Shown: piece by piece, positions 49,668 through 59,574 of the stretch
How positions within the stretch are numbered: position 1 is the stretch's first letter
Layout of the letters: each line of letters begins with the position of its first letter
NCBI GenBank assembly: GCA_035262365.1
Contig: DATFSZ010000114.1
Span: forward strand, 3,951 to 67,950
Length of the DNA stretch: 64,000 nucleotides
Origin: Candidatus Binataceae bacterium
GTDB lineage: Bacteria; Desulfobacterota; Binatia; Binatales; Binataceae
Direction: 5' to 3'
The notes under the pieces: model-generated
The model's database searches: none
What the model saw: the letters and a program-made list of their open reading frames with translations, nothing else
Told to the model about the DNA's origin: nothing
Made by a program: the position numbers and the translations under genes

Positions 49668-50015
49668 ATGAATGCGATGAACCTGGCCGCTGAGAAACAC
49701 GAAGGTACGGATGTGGTACGGATGCCACGGCGCATGGACGCGGCCGCAGCCGACGCGCTGCGCAGCGAGTTGCGCGACCTGGCCGGGGGTGGAAGCGGGC
49801 GCCTGCTGCTGGACATGTCGGCGGTGAAGTTCATCGATTCCACCGGCCTGGGCGTGATCGTGACCGCGATGAAAGCGGCCCGTGACCGCGGCGGCCGCCT
49901 GGCGATGTTCGCCTTGCCCGACAAGGTGCGCATGCTGGTTGAGCTGACCCGACTTCACTTGGTGTTCCACATCTACGCGGACGAGGCGGCGGCGATGGCC
50001 GCTCAATCGCCCTGA
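49668..50015 (+). CDS. STAS-domain anti-sigma-factor antagonist (SpoIIAA/RsbV-like), copy 2, antisense to its neighbours
   Basis: Track ORF 49641..50015 begins with TTG, and I prefer the ATG at 49668 (MNAMNL...). LLLDMSAVKFIDSTGLGVIVTAMK carries the conserved phosphorylatable Ser in DST. Its 3' end overlaps the convergent kinase gene by 13 nt. Confidence 0.75.
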   Translation: MNAMNLAAEKHEGTDVVRMPRRMDAAAADALRSELRDLAGGGSGRLLLDMSAVKFIDSTGLGVIVTAMKAARDRGGRLAMFALPDKVRMLVELTRLHLVFHIYADEAAAMAAQSP

Positions 50016-50515
50016 TCTTGCTTTCGCCCTGACCTTGGATTCGCCCCAATTTTGAATTCGCCCGGCGATGGGGTTGCGCTGGAGCGGGACGCCAAGGCGT
50101 CGAGGTGTCTGGTCATCGACAGAACATTTCTGCCCCCGGCGCTTTGGTAGGTGACCTCGTCCATCAGGGATTGGATGATGAACAGCCCGCGGCCGCTGTC
50201 GGCCAGCGGCGCCTCATGGCCGGGCGGCGCGGGCCGCTGCAGCATCTGCGGCGGCAAGGTACGTCCCGTGTCGGCCACCTTGGCGATCACTGCCTGCGGC
50301 GTCAGCGCGAAATGCACCTCCACCTCGTTACCTGGCCGTTCGCGGTAGGCGTGGCGGATGCAATTGTTGACCGCCTCGACCACGCACAACTCAACCTTGA
50401 AGGCTTCCTGCTCGGAGAGGCCGGCTTCGCGGCAGATGTGATTGACCGCAACTCCCACCAGCGCGCCGTTCTCCAGGCGGCTCTCGATCGTCAGCTTGAT
50501 TGAGCCGGCCAGCAT
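50003..50515 (-). CDS. RsbW/SpoIIAB-like anti-sigma serine kinase (HATPase_c)
   Basis: N-box EAVNNCIRHAY and G-boxes VADTGRTL and DSGRGLFIIQSLMDEV. 170 aa. Confidence 0.75.
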   Translation of the reverse strand: MLAGSIKLTIESRLENGALVGVAVNHICREAGLSEQEAFKVELCVVEAVNNCIRHAYRERPGNEVEVHFALTPQAVIAKVADTGRTLPPQMLQRPAPPGHEAPLADSGRGLFIIQSLMDEVTYQSAGGRNVLSMTRHLDALASRSSATPSPGEFKIGANPRSGRKQDQGD

Positions 50516-50524
50516 CGCGGAGCT

Positions 50525-50866
50525 CTACCGGCCTGAAACCGCGCTCAGCGCCATCGCCGGGTCGGGATACATCTGGAAGACCTTGTCGAGGCGGGTCAGA
50601 CGAAACAGGCTGGCGACCGTGTCGCGCACGCCGCCGATGACGATCTCGCCCTGGCCGCCCAGCAGCTTGAGCACGGAGACCAGCGCGCCCAGGCCGGCGC
50701 TGTCGATAAATTCCACCTCGGAGAGATCCACCGCGATGAAGCGGTTGCCGGCCTTTATCAGCGCGCCGACCTTTTCCTTGAATTCCGGTGCGCTGCGCGC
50801 GTCCATCCGCTTGTCCAGCACCTTCAGCCGCAGCGCACCCGAGCTTATTTGTTGTTCGAGGTTCAC
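50525..50866 (-). CDS. STAS-domain anti-sigma-factor antagonist (RsbV-like), copy 1
   Basis: FIAVDLSEVEFIDSAGLGALVSVLK with the conserved Ser. GTG start 6 nt after the upstream stop. Confidence 0.8.
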   Translation of the reverse strand: MNLEQQISSGALRLKVLDKRMDARSAPEFKEKVGALIKAGNRFIAVDLSEVEFIDSAGLGALVSVLKLLGGQGEIVIGGVRDTVASLFRLTRLDKVFQMYPDPAMALSAVSGR

Positions 50867-50872
50867 GTGTCT

Positions 50873-52090
50873 TCAGCCCTCCATCGTGCCTTGTAATTCC
50901 AATCCACACACAGTGAAGTCGTCGGTGGGCGGCGCGCCGCGCGCAAAAGTATTAACCTGATGGGTCAGCCGCTCGCAGGCCGCGGGCAGGCTTTCATTGC
51001 GGGTGGCGCACAGCTCCCGGGCCAGGCGGTCCTGACCGAAGAGTTCTTCGTTGCTGTTTTCGCGCTCGATAACGCCGTCGCTGTGGAGAAAGACCCGATC
51101 GCCGGGGTCGAGCTGGATCAAACCTTCATCGAAGGGCAGGCCGCCGCCGAGCCCGATAATCGTTCCACCCCGGTTGAGGTTTTCGATCGCGCCGCCGGCC
51201 CGCACCACCAGCGGCGGCGGATGGCCGCCGCAACTGAAAAGCAGTTGGTGGGTCTTGCAGTTGAGGACCAGGTACACGATGGTCAGGAACTTGCCGAAGC
51301 GCTCCATCGGGTATTCGCTGTCGAGCCGGCGCAGCACCTCGGCCGGGGAGGCGATCCGGTATTTGCCGTCCGGGGAGCGGTGCACCGAGCAGCCGCTATC
51401 TGCGGACATGCTGCGGGACACCGCGACGGTCACCATCGCCGCAGGCACGCCGTGGCCGCAGACGTCGACGATGTAGATGCCAAGATGCTCGGCGTCGAGC
51501 CAAAAGACGTTGAAGAAATCGCCGCCCACGGAATCGCACGGCTCAAAACACCAGTCCAGTTTCACCCACGGCTCCGCGATCGCCTTCGAGCGGGGCAGCA
51601 GGCTTGACTGAATGTCGCGTGCCGCCTTGAGGTCCTGCTCCAGCTGGATCTGCCGGGCCAGGAGTTCGGCATTGCTGCGGCGCAGGTCACGGGTCAGCAT
51701 GCTGAGCTGGATTTGGGTCTTGGCGCGCGCCGCCACCTCGGCGATGTTAAAGGGTTTGCTGACATAGTCGGCGGCGCCCAGTTCCAACCCGTGAACCCGA
51801 TTGGCCGCCTCGCTCAAGGCGGACAGGAATATGATTGGTATTTCCGCAAAGCGCGGGTCGCCCTTCAGTTCCGCGCACACCTGGTAGCCATCTTTGCGCG
51901 GCATCATCACGTCCAGCAGAATCAGGTCGGGGTTGTGCGCATGCACCATTTCGATTGCCTGCTCTCCATCCTCGGCGCTGATGGTCTGGTAGCCGCGGCG
52001 GGTGAGGGCCACCTCGAGCAGCCGGCGGTTGGTCTGGCTGTCGTCGACTATCAGGATGCGGGCGGGGCGCTGGCCTTCGGCTGTTTCCAT
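50873..52090 (-). CDS. response-regulator receiver fused to PP2C/SpoIIE phosphatase (RsbU-like)
   Basis: The REC domain reads ARILIVDDSQTNRRLLE...DLILLDVMMPRKDGYQV. The PP2C domain reads ARDIQSSLLP...GGDFFNVF...DVCGHGVPAAM...FLHSDGV. Confidence 0.85.
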   Translation of the reverse strand: METAEGQRPARILIVDDSQTNRRLLEVALTRRGYQTISAEDGEQAIEMVHAHNPDLILLDVMMPRKDGYQVCAELKGDPRFAEIPIIFLSALSEAANRVHGLELGAADYVSKPFNIAEVAARAKTQIQLSMLTRDLRRSNAELLARQIQLEQDLKAARDIQSSLLPRSKAIAEPWVKLDWCFEPCDSVGGDFFNVFWLDAEHLGIYIVDVCGHGVPAAMVTVAVSRSMSADSGCSVHRSPDGKYRIASPAEVLRRLDSEYPMERFGKFLTIVYLVLNCKTHQLLFSCGGHPPPLVVRAGGAIENLNRGGTIIGLGGGLPFDEGLIQLDPGDRVFLHSDGVIERENSNEELFGQDRLARELCATRNESLPAACERLTHQVNTFARGAPPTDDFTVCGLELQGTMEG

Positions 52091-52448
52091 AGCTTGCCTC
52101 GAAACGGTTCGATGTTCCGACCTGGGTTGACGTCAATCCGCTGGAAGCGAAGAAAGTCTCGCGGTGAGCTCATGCACAGGTCAGCAGAACTACGACGAAT
52201 ATAGCTTCGCACTCAAAGCTGGGACTGATTCATCCCAGGGTAATATCCGATCAACGTTAAACCTCCGTTTGCTCTGCGTGACTAGTACATGGCAATCGGG
52301 CCAGAATACCGTCGATGCTGGCAAAATGGGGAGTTCAAATCTGTGAAAAGGCTTCGAAGGATGCGGCGCCAATAAATGGCAAGCGCGCGCGGCTGACTTA
52401 AGTATACTTCAGATTGGCTTCGACCAACCGCGTCGCGGCGCAACTGAG

Positions 52449-52477
52449 TAGTTTGATCAAACCCGCGATAGTATAAT
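52449..52477 (+). promoter_or_regulatory. possible sigma70-type promoter for the PHP gene
   Basis: TAGTTT-N17-TATAAT, with TATAAT at about 52472-52477. If it is used, the TTG at 52492 would be nearly leaderless. The TTG at 52528, preceded by AGGGGG, would then be the better start. Confidence 0.3.
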
Positions 52478-52491
52478 CGTGATGGGTTACG

Positions 52492-53280
52492 TTGACCGCA
52501 TCAACGGATCCAAATAGGGGGAATCAATTGATTAGTCTGGCTGATTTACATATGCATACCACGGCCAGCGACGGTACGCTGTCGCCGCAGGCTCTGGTTA
52601 ACGCGGTTCTTGTGCATCAATTGCGCAGCACGGACGCATGCGTGCTGCGGGTCATTGCGATCACCGATCATGACACGCTGTCCGGCGCCTGGACCGCGCT
52701 TGCATACAAGAAGTTGTTGCACGAGGAGGCGGATTTGGAGATTATCCCGGGCGCGGAGATCAGCTCAGCCGACGGACACATTGTGGCGTTGAACATCCGG
52801 GAGATTGTGCCCAAGGGGATGAGCGCCGCGGCCACTATCGAGGCCATCCATGAGCAGGGCGGACTGGCGATCGCGGCGCACCCGTTCGCCTACTTTCCCG
52901 GCATCAAGGAGCTCAAAGGTATCAAGCGGCTGATTGGCGATCCGGCGGTCGGCGGCGTCGTGGACGCGATTGAGTCATGCAACGCCAACCCCACCGAAAC
53001 ACTGAATAATCACTTCACCCGATGGTTCAACCGCCGCCACCTGCGCCGCCCCGAGGTGGGGGGAAGCGATTGTCATTTCCTGTCGGCGGTGGCCCGCACG
53101 GGCACCAGCTTTCCCGGCCGAAGCGCGGCCGACCTGATGCGGGCGATCCGCGACGGAACCACCCGCCCGGTTGGCGCGGTGTATGGCCCAGCCTCGCTCT
53201 ATGCGTATCTGCGCGATCGCCTGGCCTGGAAACGGTTTTGCGCGGCCGATCCGATCGTGCGCGTCTTCCACGACTGGTAG
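52492..53280 (+). CDS. PHP-domain metal-dependent phosphoesterase (TrpH/YciV-like)
   Basis: LADLHMHTTASDGTLSPQALV...ITDHDTLSG...AAHPFAY. The start is ambiguous between the TTG at 52492 and the TTG at 52528. Confidence 0.7.
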   Translation: MTASTDPNRGNQLISLADLHMHTTASDGTLSPQALVNAVLVHQLRSTDACVLRVIAITDHDTLSGAWTALAYKKLLHEEADLEIIPGAEISSADGHIVALNIREIVPKGMSAAATIEAIHEQGGLAIAAHPFAYFPGIKELKGIKRLIGDPAVGGVVDAIESCNANPTETLNNHFTRWFNRRHLRRPEVGGSDCHFLSAVARTGTSFPGRSAADLMRAIRDGTTRPVGAVYGPASLYAYLRDRLAWKRFCAADPIVRVFHDW

Positions 53281-53296
53281 CCGGCGCGCGACTGAC

Positions 53297-55042
53297 TCAC
53301 GCTCGCACCGGCTCGATCGGCCAGGGGAAGCCATCGGGCAGATTGCCGGTTTCGATAAAGCGCCGGGTCAGTTTTCCATGCAGACGCGACCACTCCTTCC
53401 TGACATCCGCGGCGGGTGCACCGTAGAGCAGGTTGTCCATCTGCCCCGGATCGTTTTTGAGGTTGTACAGTTCATACTGGAGCCCGCCGCCGTCCAGGCT
53501 GAAGTAAACAGCGTAGGTCCAGTCGCCCTCACGAATTGCCCGGATATGCCCGCCCGGAATGCCGGCCGGGAGAAAGAACAAATCATCAAAAGAAAAAATC
53601 GCGTGATCCTGCACGCTGCGTTTCCGGTCGAGCATTACGGGTACGATGCTCGTTCCCGGCGCGTAAGATTGTCGACCGGGGACGCCGGCCAGAATGGTGG
53701 GCATCAGATCCAGATGGTCATAGAATGCGGTGGTCTCCACCGGTTCCGGGAAGAGCTTTTTGTTGTGAACGATCAGCGGGATGTGAACCATCTCCTCGTA
53801 AACGGTGTAGGCCTTTTCGCGCATCCCATGCGACAGACCGCCCTCGCCGTGATCGGCGAATCGCAGGATGACGGTATTGTCCATCAGCCCGGTTTCTTCC
53901 AGCGTGTCGAGCACCGTCATTACGTGCCGGTCGGCCAGTTTGTTGAGGTAAGCGTAGAAATTCACGTACTCACGCCGCTTCTGCGGGGTATCCAAGGGGG
54001 CAAACTTGTCGTAACTGGCGCGGGCGGCCCGCTGCACGCTGGGCTTTTTCAGCAGGTTGTCGTCATAGTTGGGCGGCAGTTCGATTCCCAGGTCGGCGAA
54101 ACTTTCGCGCTGGTAGCCGGCTATTTTCCAGAAGTGCGGGTAAACATAGACGTCGTGAGGATTGACCAGCGACACGAACAGGCAGAAGGGCTTGCCGAGC
54201 CTGGGCGCCCGATTCTTGAGGAACTCGACCACGCTTTCACCGAAACCCGGAGTCTGACCGCGGCTCGCCCGGCTATGACCTTCGACGTAGCGCCCGTCGT
54301 TGTCGGGATCGCCGCCGCCCAGGGTGGCGATTCCGTTGAACTTGCCGAACTCGGTCGGTTGCCATCGCTCGATCGCGTTGCCGGCGTCGGGCGGGTTCCA
54401 GCCGGACCAGCCGTAATTCAGCTCCATCGCTTTGATATCTTCGGCGGTCCAGTCCACGCCGCCGTTTCCGGGCGCGGCGTTTACCGCGTAGCTGAGATGC
54501 CACTTGCCTTTCCAGACCACCTCGTAGCCGGCCTTCGCGGCGAGCAGGGAGGCGATGTTCGGCAGGCGATTCTTATGCGCCAGGCCGGGCCACAGGAATG
54601 TTCGCGTAACGCGATTTATCGGCGCGAAACGCCCGGTCATCATCAGCGCGCGTGACGGCGAGCATTGGCAAGCGGCCGTGTACGCGCGGTTGAAGTACAG
54701 GCCGTTGCGTTTGAGGCGCTGGAGCCCCGGAAGATGTTTCTCCGCCCATCCGGAAGGCCAATGCATATGATGGCGTTCCTGGTCGGTCATCAGGACGACG
54801 ATGTTGGGGGCCTTGAGCATAGAGGCCGGCTTGCGAATTGCGGCATTGGTGATCGCCGGCCGGGCGCTGTGAGCCAAGGCGGCGGCGAGACCCGCGCCCG
54901 CGGAAATCTTCAGCAGGCGGCGACGCGTTATCGAGGCCGACCCGATCGACCTTTCCGCCGTCTGCTCAAGTGCCGTGGCACCTGCGTCGGCGTTGCCGCG
55001 TTTCTCGACCATTATGTCTCGGATTTCCGGATTTTTACCCAT
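53297..55042 (-). CDS. Tat-exported sulfatase (formylglycine-dependent arylsulfatase family)
   Basis: Twin-arginine signal ITRRRLLKISAGAGLAAALA and CxPxR motif CQCSPSRALMMTG. I prefer the ATG at 55042 within track ORF 53297..55138. Confidence 0.85.
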   Translation of the reverse strand: MGKNPEIRDIMVEKRGNADAGATALEQTAERSIGSASITRRRLLKISAGAGLAAALAHSARPAITNAAIRKPASMLKAPNIVVLMTDQERHHMHWPSGWAEKHLPGLQRLKRNGLYFNRAYTAACQCSPSRALMMTGRFAPINRVTRTFLWPGLAHKNRLPNIASLLAAKAGYEVVWKGKWHLSYAVNAAPGNGGVDWTAEDIKAMELNYGWSGWNPPDAGNAIERWQPTEFGKFNGIATLGGGDPDNDGRYVEGHSRASRGQTPGFGESVVEFLKNRAPRLGKPFCLFVSLVNPHDVYVYPHFWKIAGYQRESFADLGIELPPNYDDNLLKKPSVQRAARASYDKFAPLDTPQKRREYVNFYAYLNKLADRHVMTVLDTLEETGLMDNTVILRFADHGEGGLSHGMREKAYTVYEEMVHIPLIVHNKKLFPEPVETTAFYDHLDLMPTILAGVPGRQSYAPGTSIVPVMLDRKRSVQDHAIFSFDDLFFLPAGIPGGHIRAIREGDWTYAVYFSLDGGGLQYELYNLKNDPGQMDNLLYGAPAADVRKEWSRLHGKLTRRFIETGNLPDGFPWPIEPVRA

Positions 55043-55406
55043 CAGCTTTGCTTTCTCGCCAGTAGCAACCAGAGGGCGGCTGCGAGGGGCTTTGCGGATC
55101 GAAGCCGATAAGTAACCGCCAAGCGGGATTATCGTCAAGATGTAGTGTTATCCGACAAACCAGCAGCGCCGCGCCCGGCCGGATCGGTTTCTCCAAACGG
55201 TCTCCCTGAACCCGCACTACTGATACAGCTTGGGCGCAAGCAGGTCGCTCTCCACTAGCCACAAACTCCGCGCACCGGGCGCGCCGAGTCCGGGCGAAAG
55301 TCAAGCCCGCGGCCACCATTTCGTCGGGTTTATGCCTGGTTCACATACCGACGCCGTTGCGTCGTCCGTGATCCGCGGCGGGCGTGCGATCTGATGACGA
55401 CGTTGC

Positions 55407-57734
55407 TTACAACCCGATCTGCACGATTGTCGCGCCGGCGCCGCCTGCTTGCGGCTCGGCTTCGCGATAGGCGGTGCAGTAGGGCGAGGTGCTGAGGTAG
55501 TCGCGCACGGCGCGGCGCAGGGCGCCCGAGCCGACGCCGTGGATCACGCGCACTTCGGACTGGTTGGTTAGGTAGGCCTGGTCGAGGAACTCCTCGAGGC
55601 GGCGCAGCGCGTCGGGTGCGCGCATCCCAATCAGGTTGAGTTCGCCAGTTTCGCCGCGCGGCGCGCTGACCGTGACGGTCGCGGGCAGCGCCGCCTTTGG
55701 CCGGCCGCGCGCGCGTCGCAGCCGGCCGGGTGCGACTTCGATACGCAATCCGCCGCGGCCGATTACCGCTTTGTCGGGCTCCAGCGCCAATAGCTCGCCC
55801 TGTATATCCGAATCGGCCAACTCGACCAGCTCGCCGACGCTAAGCGGCCGCGTGTCGGCAGGCTCCGAGATAATTTCGGGTGCAAGTTGCCCCACTTCGG
55901 CGCCGGCGCGCTCGATGAATTGCCGGATTTCAGCGCGCGGCCGCCGCGAGGATTTCAACTCAGCCAGCAACCGCGCCGCCTCGCGATTGAAAGCCGCGGA
56001 CATTTGGCGGAACTCGGCGCGCACCTTCTCGCGTTCGGTGCTGGCGCGCGCGGCGGCCTCTTCGGCGGCCTGCATCGCCGCCAGATGAGCCCGCTGGCGC
56101 TGATGCTCGCTAACTCTCATATCCTCGGTTTGCCGGGCAAGCTCTGCGCGCTGTGCCTCGAGGCGGCGCAACGCATCCTCAAGCTCCGCGCTGCCGGCGG
56201 GGCGTGCCTGTTGCGCCGCGCCGACGACCTCGGCGGGGAGGCCCAGCCGCTCGGCTACCGCCAGGCCGAAACTCTGACCGACGGTATGCGGCCTGAGCGT
56301 GAAGCGGGGCGTGAGGCTGTGCTCGTCGAAATCGACGGCGGCACTTTCCAATTCCGTGCTGCCGTAGGCATAGAGCTTGACCGCGGTTGAATGGGTCGCG
56401 ATCGCAAACAGGCATCGGTGTGCGGCCAGGTATTTCATCAATCCGATCGTAAGCGCGCCACCCTCGGCCGGGTCGGTCCCAGCTCCGGGCTCATCAAGGA
56501 TAACCAGCGCTGGCTCCTTCAGCTCGCGCAAGATTTCGGCCAGGTTGGCGATGTGGGCCGAGAAGGTGGAAAGGTCGGCTTCGATTGATTGTTCGTCGCC
56601 GATGTCCGCGCCGATGCTGCGAAAGACCATCAGCCGGCTGCCGTGTTCGGCAGGCGTCAGCAACCCGCTTTGCGCCATTAGGCAGAGCAGGCCGATGGTT
56701 TTGAGGGCCACGGTTTTGCCGCCGGTGTTTGGACCCGAGATCACGATTCCACGCCGATCCGGCGGGATATTCACCTCGATCGGCACGACCGTGCGCCCAC
56801 TGGCCATCAGCAGCGGATGGCGCGCGGCGGCCAGCGTAATTCCCTCGGCGACGATCTCCGGCTCGACGCATCCATAGCGCTCGGCGAACACCGCGCGCGC
56901 ATTAAGCGCGTCGATCGCAACCAGCGCCTCGAACGTCAAGCGCAACTGCGGCAGGTAGCTGCGCACCATCGCGGTGAGCTGAGCCAGGATGCGCCGCTCC
57001 TCGGCTTCGACTTCTCGTTCGATCATCATCAGGCGGTTGTTCAATCCCACCGCCCACAACGGCTCGACGAACAGCGTTTCACCCGACACTGACCGATCCT
57101 GCACGATACCTTCCAGGCGCTCGGCGTAATTGGGCTTCATCGGCAGCACGAAGCGCCGGTTGCGGATCGTCACCAGGTGATCGCTGAGAAACGGCTGCAT
57201 CCCGGTCTGATCGAGCATCCGGGCCAGGCGCTGCTCCAACTCGGCACGTTCATCGCGCAGGCGCATGCGCAGGCGCTTGAGTTCGCGGCTGGCGTCGTCG
57301 AGCAGATCGCCGTCGTCGGCCAAGGCCTTGAGAAGAGCGTCGGCCAGCTCCTTGGGCGCGAGCAGCGAGGCGACCAACTCGGCGACGGCGCGAAAGCGCT
57401 CGCAGCGCGAGCGCAGGAAGGCTTCGAGATGGCGCGCGGCAAGCACGAACTGACGCACGTCGATCAAAGTCTTGCCATCCAGCGTGGCGCCTTCCATCGC
57501 GGCCACGCCGAAGAGCGGATTCTGGTCCTTGAACTCGCCAATCGGCAGCGAGCCGGCATGGGAGCGCAATTCGACCAGCTCGCTGGTGGCGCGCAGCCGC
57601 CTTCGCACTTCGTCCGGATCGGTCGCAGGCGCCATTGCCGCGACCCGGCGCCGGCCCGGTTCGGAAACTGCCAGCGCCGTGACGAGGGCAAGAACCTTGT
57701 CGAATTCGAGCGCTCTAAGGTCGCGGCTTCGCAT
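55407..57734 (-). CDS. mutS2: endonuclease MutS2 (MutS domain + C-terminal Smr)
   Basis: Walker A GPNTGGKTVALKTIGL, DEPGAGTDP and a C-terminal Smr domain (LNLIGMRAPDALRRLEEFLDQAYL...VRVIHGVGSGALRRAV). Confidence 0.9.
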   Translation of the reverse strand: MRSRDLRALEFDKVLALVTALAVSEPGRRRVAAMAPATDPDEVRRRLRATSELVELRSHAGSLPIGEFKDQNPLFGVAAMEGATLDGKTLIDVRQFVLAARHLEAFLRSRCERFRAVAELVASLLAPKELADALLKALADDGDLLDDASRELKRLRMRLRDERAELEQRLARMLDQTGMQPFLSDHLVTIRNRRFVLPMKPNYAERLEGIVQDRSVSGETLFVEPLWAVGLNNRLMMIEREVEAEERRILAQLTAMVRSYLPQLRLTFEALVAIDALNARAVFAERYGCVEPEIVAEGITLAAARHPLLMASGRTVVPIEVNIPPDRRGIVISGPNTGGKTVALKTIGLLCLMAQSGLLTPAEHGSRLMVFRSIGADIGDEQSIEADLSTFSAHIANLAEILRELKEPALVILDEPGAGTDPAEGGALTIGLMKYLAAHRCLFAIATHSTAVKLYAYGSTELESAAVDFDEHSLTPRFTLRPHTVGQSFGLAVAERLGLPAEVVGAAQQARPAGSAELEDALRRLEAQRAELARQTEDMRVSEHQRQRAHLAAMQAAEEAAARASTEREKVRAEFRQMSAAFNREAARLLAELKSSRRPRAEIRQFIERAGAEVGQLAPEIISEPADTRPLSVGELVELADSDIQGELLALEPDKAVIGRGGLRIEVAPGRLRRARGRPKAALPATVTVSAPRGETGELNLIGMRAPDALRRLEEFLDQAYLTNQSEVRVIHGVGSGALRRAVRDYLSTSPYCTAYREAEPQAGGAGATIVQIGL

Positions 57735-57835
57735 CGAGGGATATGGCTGCCTTGCGCCGAGCGTTCGAAGAGATAGAGATAAACATGCAGTCTAAAATCT
57801 AGCGCAACTGCGCCGCGACGGCATCAGGTGGGCAA

Positions 57836-59446
57836 ATGGAACGGATCGAATCACGGGTGAACACCGCGAGCGAGGATTTCCGCCGCAATCGCGAGGTGAT
57901 GGAAACTGCGGTGGGGCAACTGCGCGAGCGCATCGAGCAGGTCCGGCTGGGCGGCCCGGAGGAGGCCCGGACGCGCCATACGGGAAGGGGCAAGCTATTG
58001 GTCCGCGAGCGAATTCGCCGCCTGCTCGATCCCGGCACTCCGTTCCTGGAGCTATCCGCGCTGGCCGCCAACGGGATGTATGCCGACGAGGCGCCGGGCT
58101 CGGGGCTGGTAACCGGTATCGGCCGGCTGATGGGGCGCGAGGCGGTAGTGGTTGCCAACGACGCCACGGTCAAGGGCGGCACGTACTATCCGGTGACGGT
58201 CAAGAAGCATCTGCGCGCACAGGAAATCGCGATGGACAACCGCCTGCCGTGCGTCTACCTGGTGGACTCGGGCGGCGCGTTTCTGCCGATGCAGGCCGAC
58301 GTGTTTCCTGACCGCGAGCACTTCGGACGCATCTTCTACAACCAGGCCCGGATGTCCGCGGCCGGTATTCCACAGATCGCGGTCGTCATGGGTTCGTGTA
58401 CGGCGGGCGGCGCCTACGTCCCGGCGATGTGCGACGAAAACGTGATCGTCAAGGAGCAGGGCACGGTTTTTTTGGCCGGACCGCCGCTGGTGCGCGCGGC
58501 CACCGGAGAGGAGGTCAGCGCCGAGGAGCTGGGTGGCGGCGATGTCCATACCAGGATCTCTGGGGTCAGCGACCATCTGGCCGAGGACGACGCGCACGCG
58601 CTGGAAATCGCGCGCTCGATCGCGGAAAACCTGGCGCCGCATGTGGCCGATCCGATCGAGCAGGCGCAGCCGGAAGATCCCTATTACGATCCGGCTGAGC
58701 TGTATGGAATCGTTTCGGCCGACACTCGCAAGCCCTACGACGTGCGCGAGGTGATTGCGCGGCTGGTGGACGGCAGCCGGATGCACGAATTCAAGGCGCG
58801 CTACGGCCCCACGCTGGTGACGGGATTCGGGCGGTTGTTCGGATATCCGGTCGGGATAATCGCCAATAATGGAGTGCTGTTCAGCGAATCTGCTCTGAAG
58901 GCGACGCACTTTATCGAAATCTGCTGCCAGCGGCGTACCCCGCTGGTTTTTCTCCAGAACATCACCGGGTTCATCGTGGGTAAGCGTTACGAGCAGGGCG
59001 GGATAGCCAAAGACGGCGCCAAGATGGTCAACGCGGTGGCCAATGCGCAAGTGCCGAAGTTTACCGTCATCATCGGCGCGTCCAACGGGGCCGGAAATTA
59101 CGGCATGTGCGGCCGCGCCTACAGTCCGCGCCTGCTTTTCATGTGGCCCAACGCGCGGATTTCCGTAATGGGCGGCGAGCAGGCGGCCAATACTCTCCTG
59201 ACGGTGAAGCTTGATCAGCTGAAGCGCTCGGGCCAAACGATGAGCGAGGCGGACCAATCGGAGTTCGTGCGCCCAACGCGCCAAAAATATGAGGTGGAAT
59301 CGAGCTGCTACTATTCTACGGCGCGGCTGTGGGACGACGGCGTACTGGACCCCCTCGAAACCCGCGCGGCATTGGCGCTCGGGATAGCGGCCTCATTTAA
59401 CGCCCCGATCCCGCCGCCAGCCAGCTTCGGGGTGGTGCGTATGTAA
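57836..59446 (+). CDS. acyl-CoA carboxylase carboxyltransferase subunit (methylcrotonyl-CoA carboxylase beta-like)
   Basis: The 536-aa ORF reads [27 protein letters not shown]...[13 protein letters not shown]...[23 protein letters not shown]. No biotin-carboxylase partner lies in the window. Confidence 0.85.
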   Translation: MERIESRVNTASEDFRRNREVMETAVGQLRERIEQVRLGGPEEARTRHTGRGKLLVRERIRRLLDPGTPFLELSALAANGMYADEAPGSGLVTGIGRLMGREAVVVANDATVKGGTYYPVTVKKHLRAQEIAMDNRLPCVYLVDSGGAFLPMQADVFPDREHFGRIFYNQARMSAAGIPQIAVVMGSCTAGGAYVPAMCDENVIVKEQGTVFLAGPPLVRAATGEEVSAEELGGGDVHTRISGVSDHLAEDDAHALEIARSIAENLAPHVADPIEQAQPEDPYYDPAELYGIVSADTRKPYDVREVIARLVDGSRMHEFKARYGPTLVTGFGRLFGYPVGIIANNGVLFSESALKATHFIEICCQRRTPLVFLQNITGFIVGKRYEQGGIAKDGAKMVNAVANAQVPKFTVIIGASNGAGNYGMCGRAYSPRLLFMWPNARISVMGGEQAANTLLTVKLDQLKRSGQTMSEADQSEFVRPTRQKYEVESSCYYSTARLWDDGVLDPLETRAALALGIAASFNAPIPPPASFGVVRM

Positions 59447-59574
59447 TGCCAATGCCTGACTTCAGAGGCGCGGCCAAGATTTTTTGCCCGGCTTTGCGTA
59501 AACGGTCGAAACCTATATAAATGTCCGGATCTATTTCGCCACCTTTGTGGTTTTTAGAAACGAGGTGAGGCTTT

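Noticed and set aside
52325-52345. tRNA-like T-arm motif (ggggaGTTCAAATCtgtga) in the 400-bp divergent spacer.
   Set aside because: The flanking bases do not pair (gggga against tgtga), and no acceptor or anticodon arms can be drawn.
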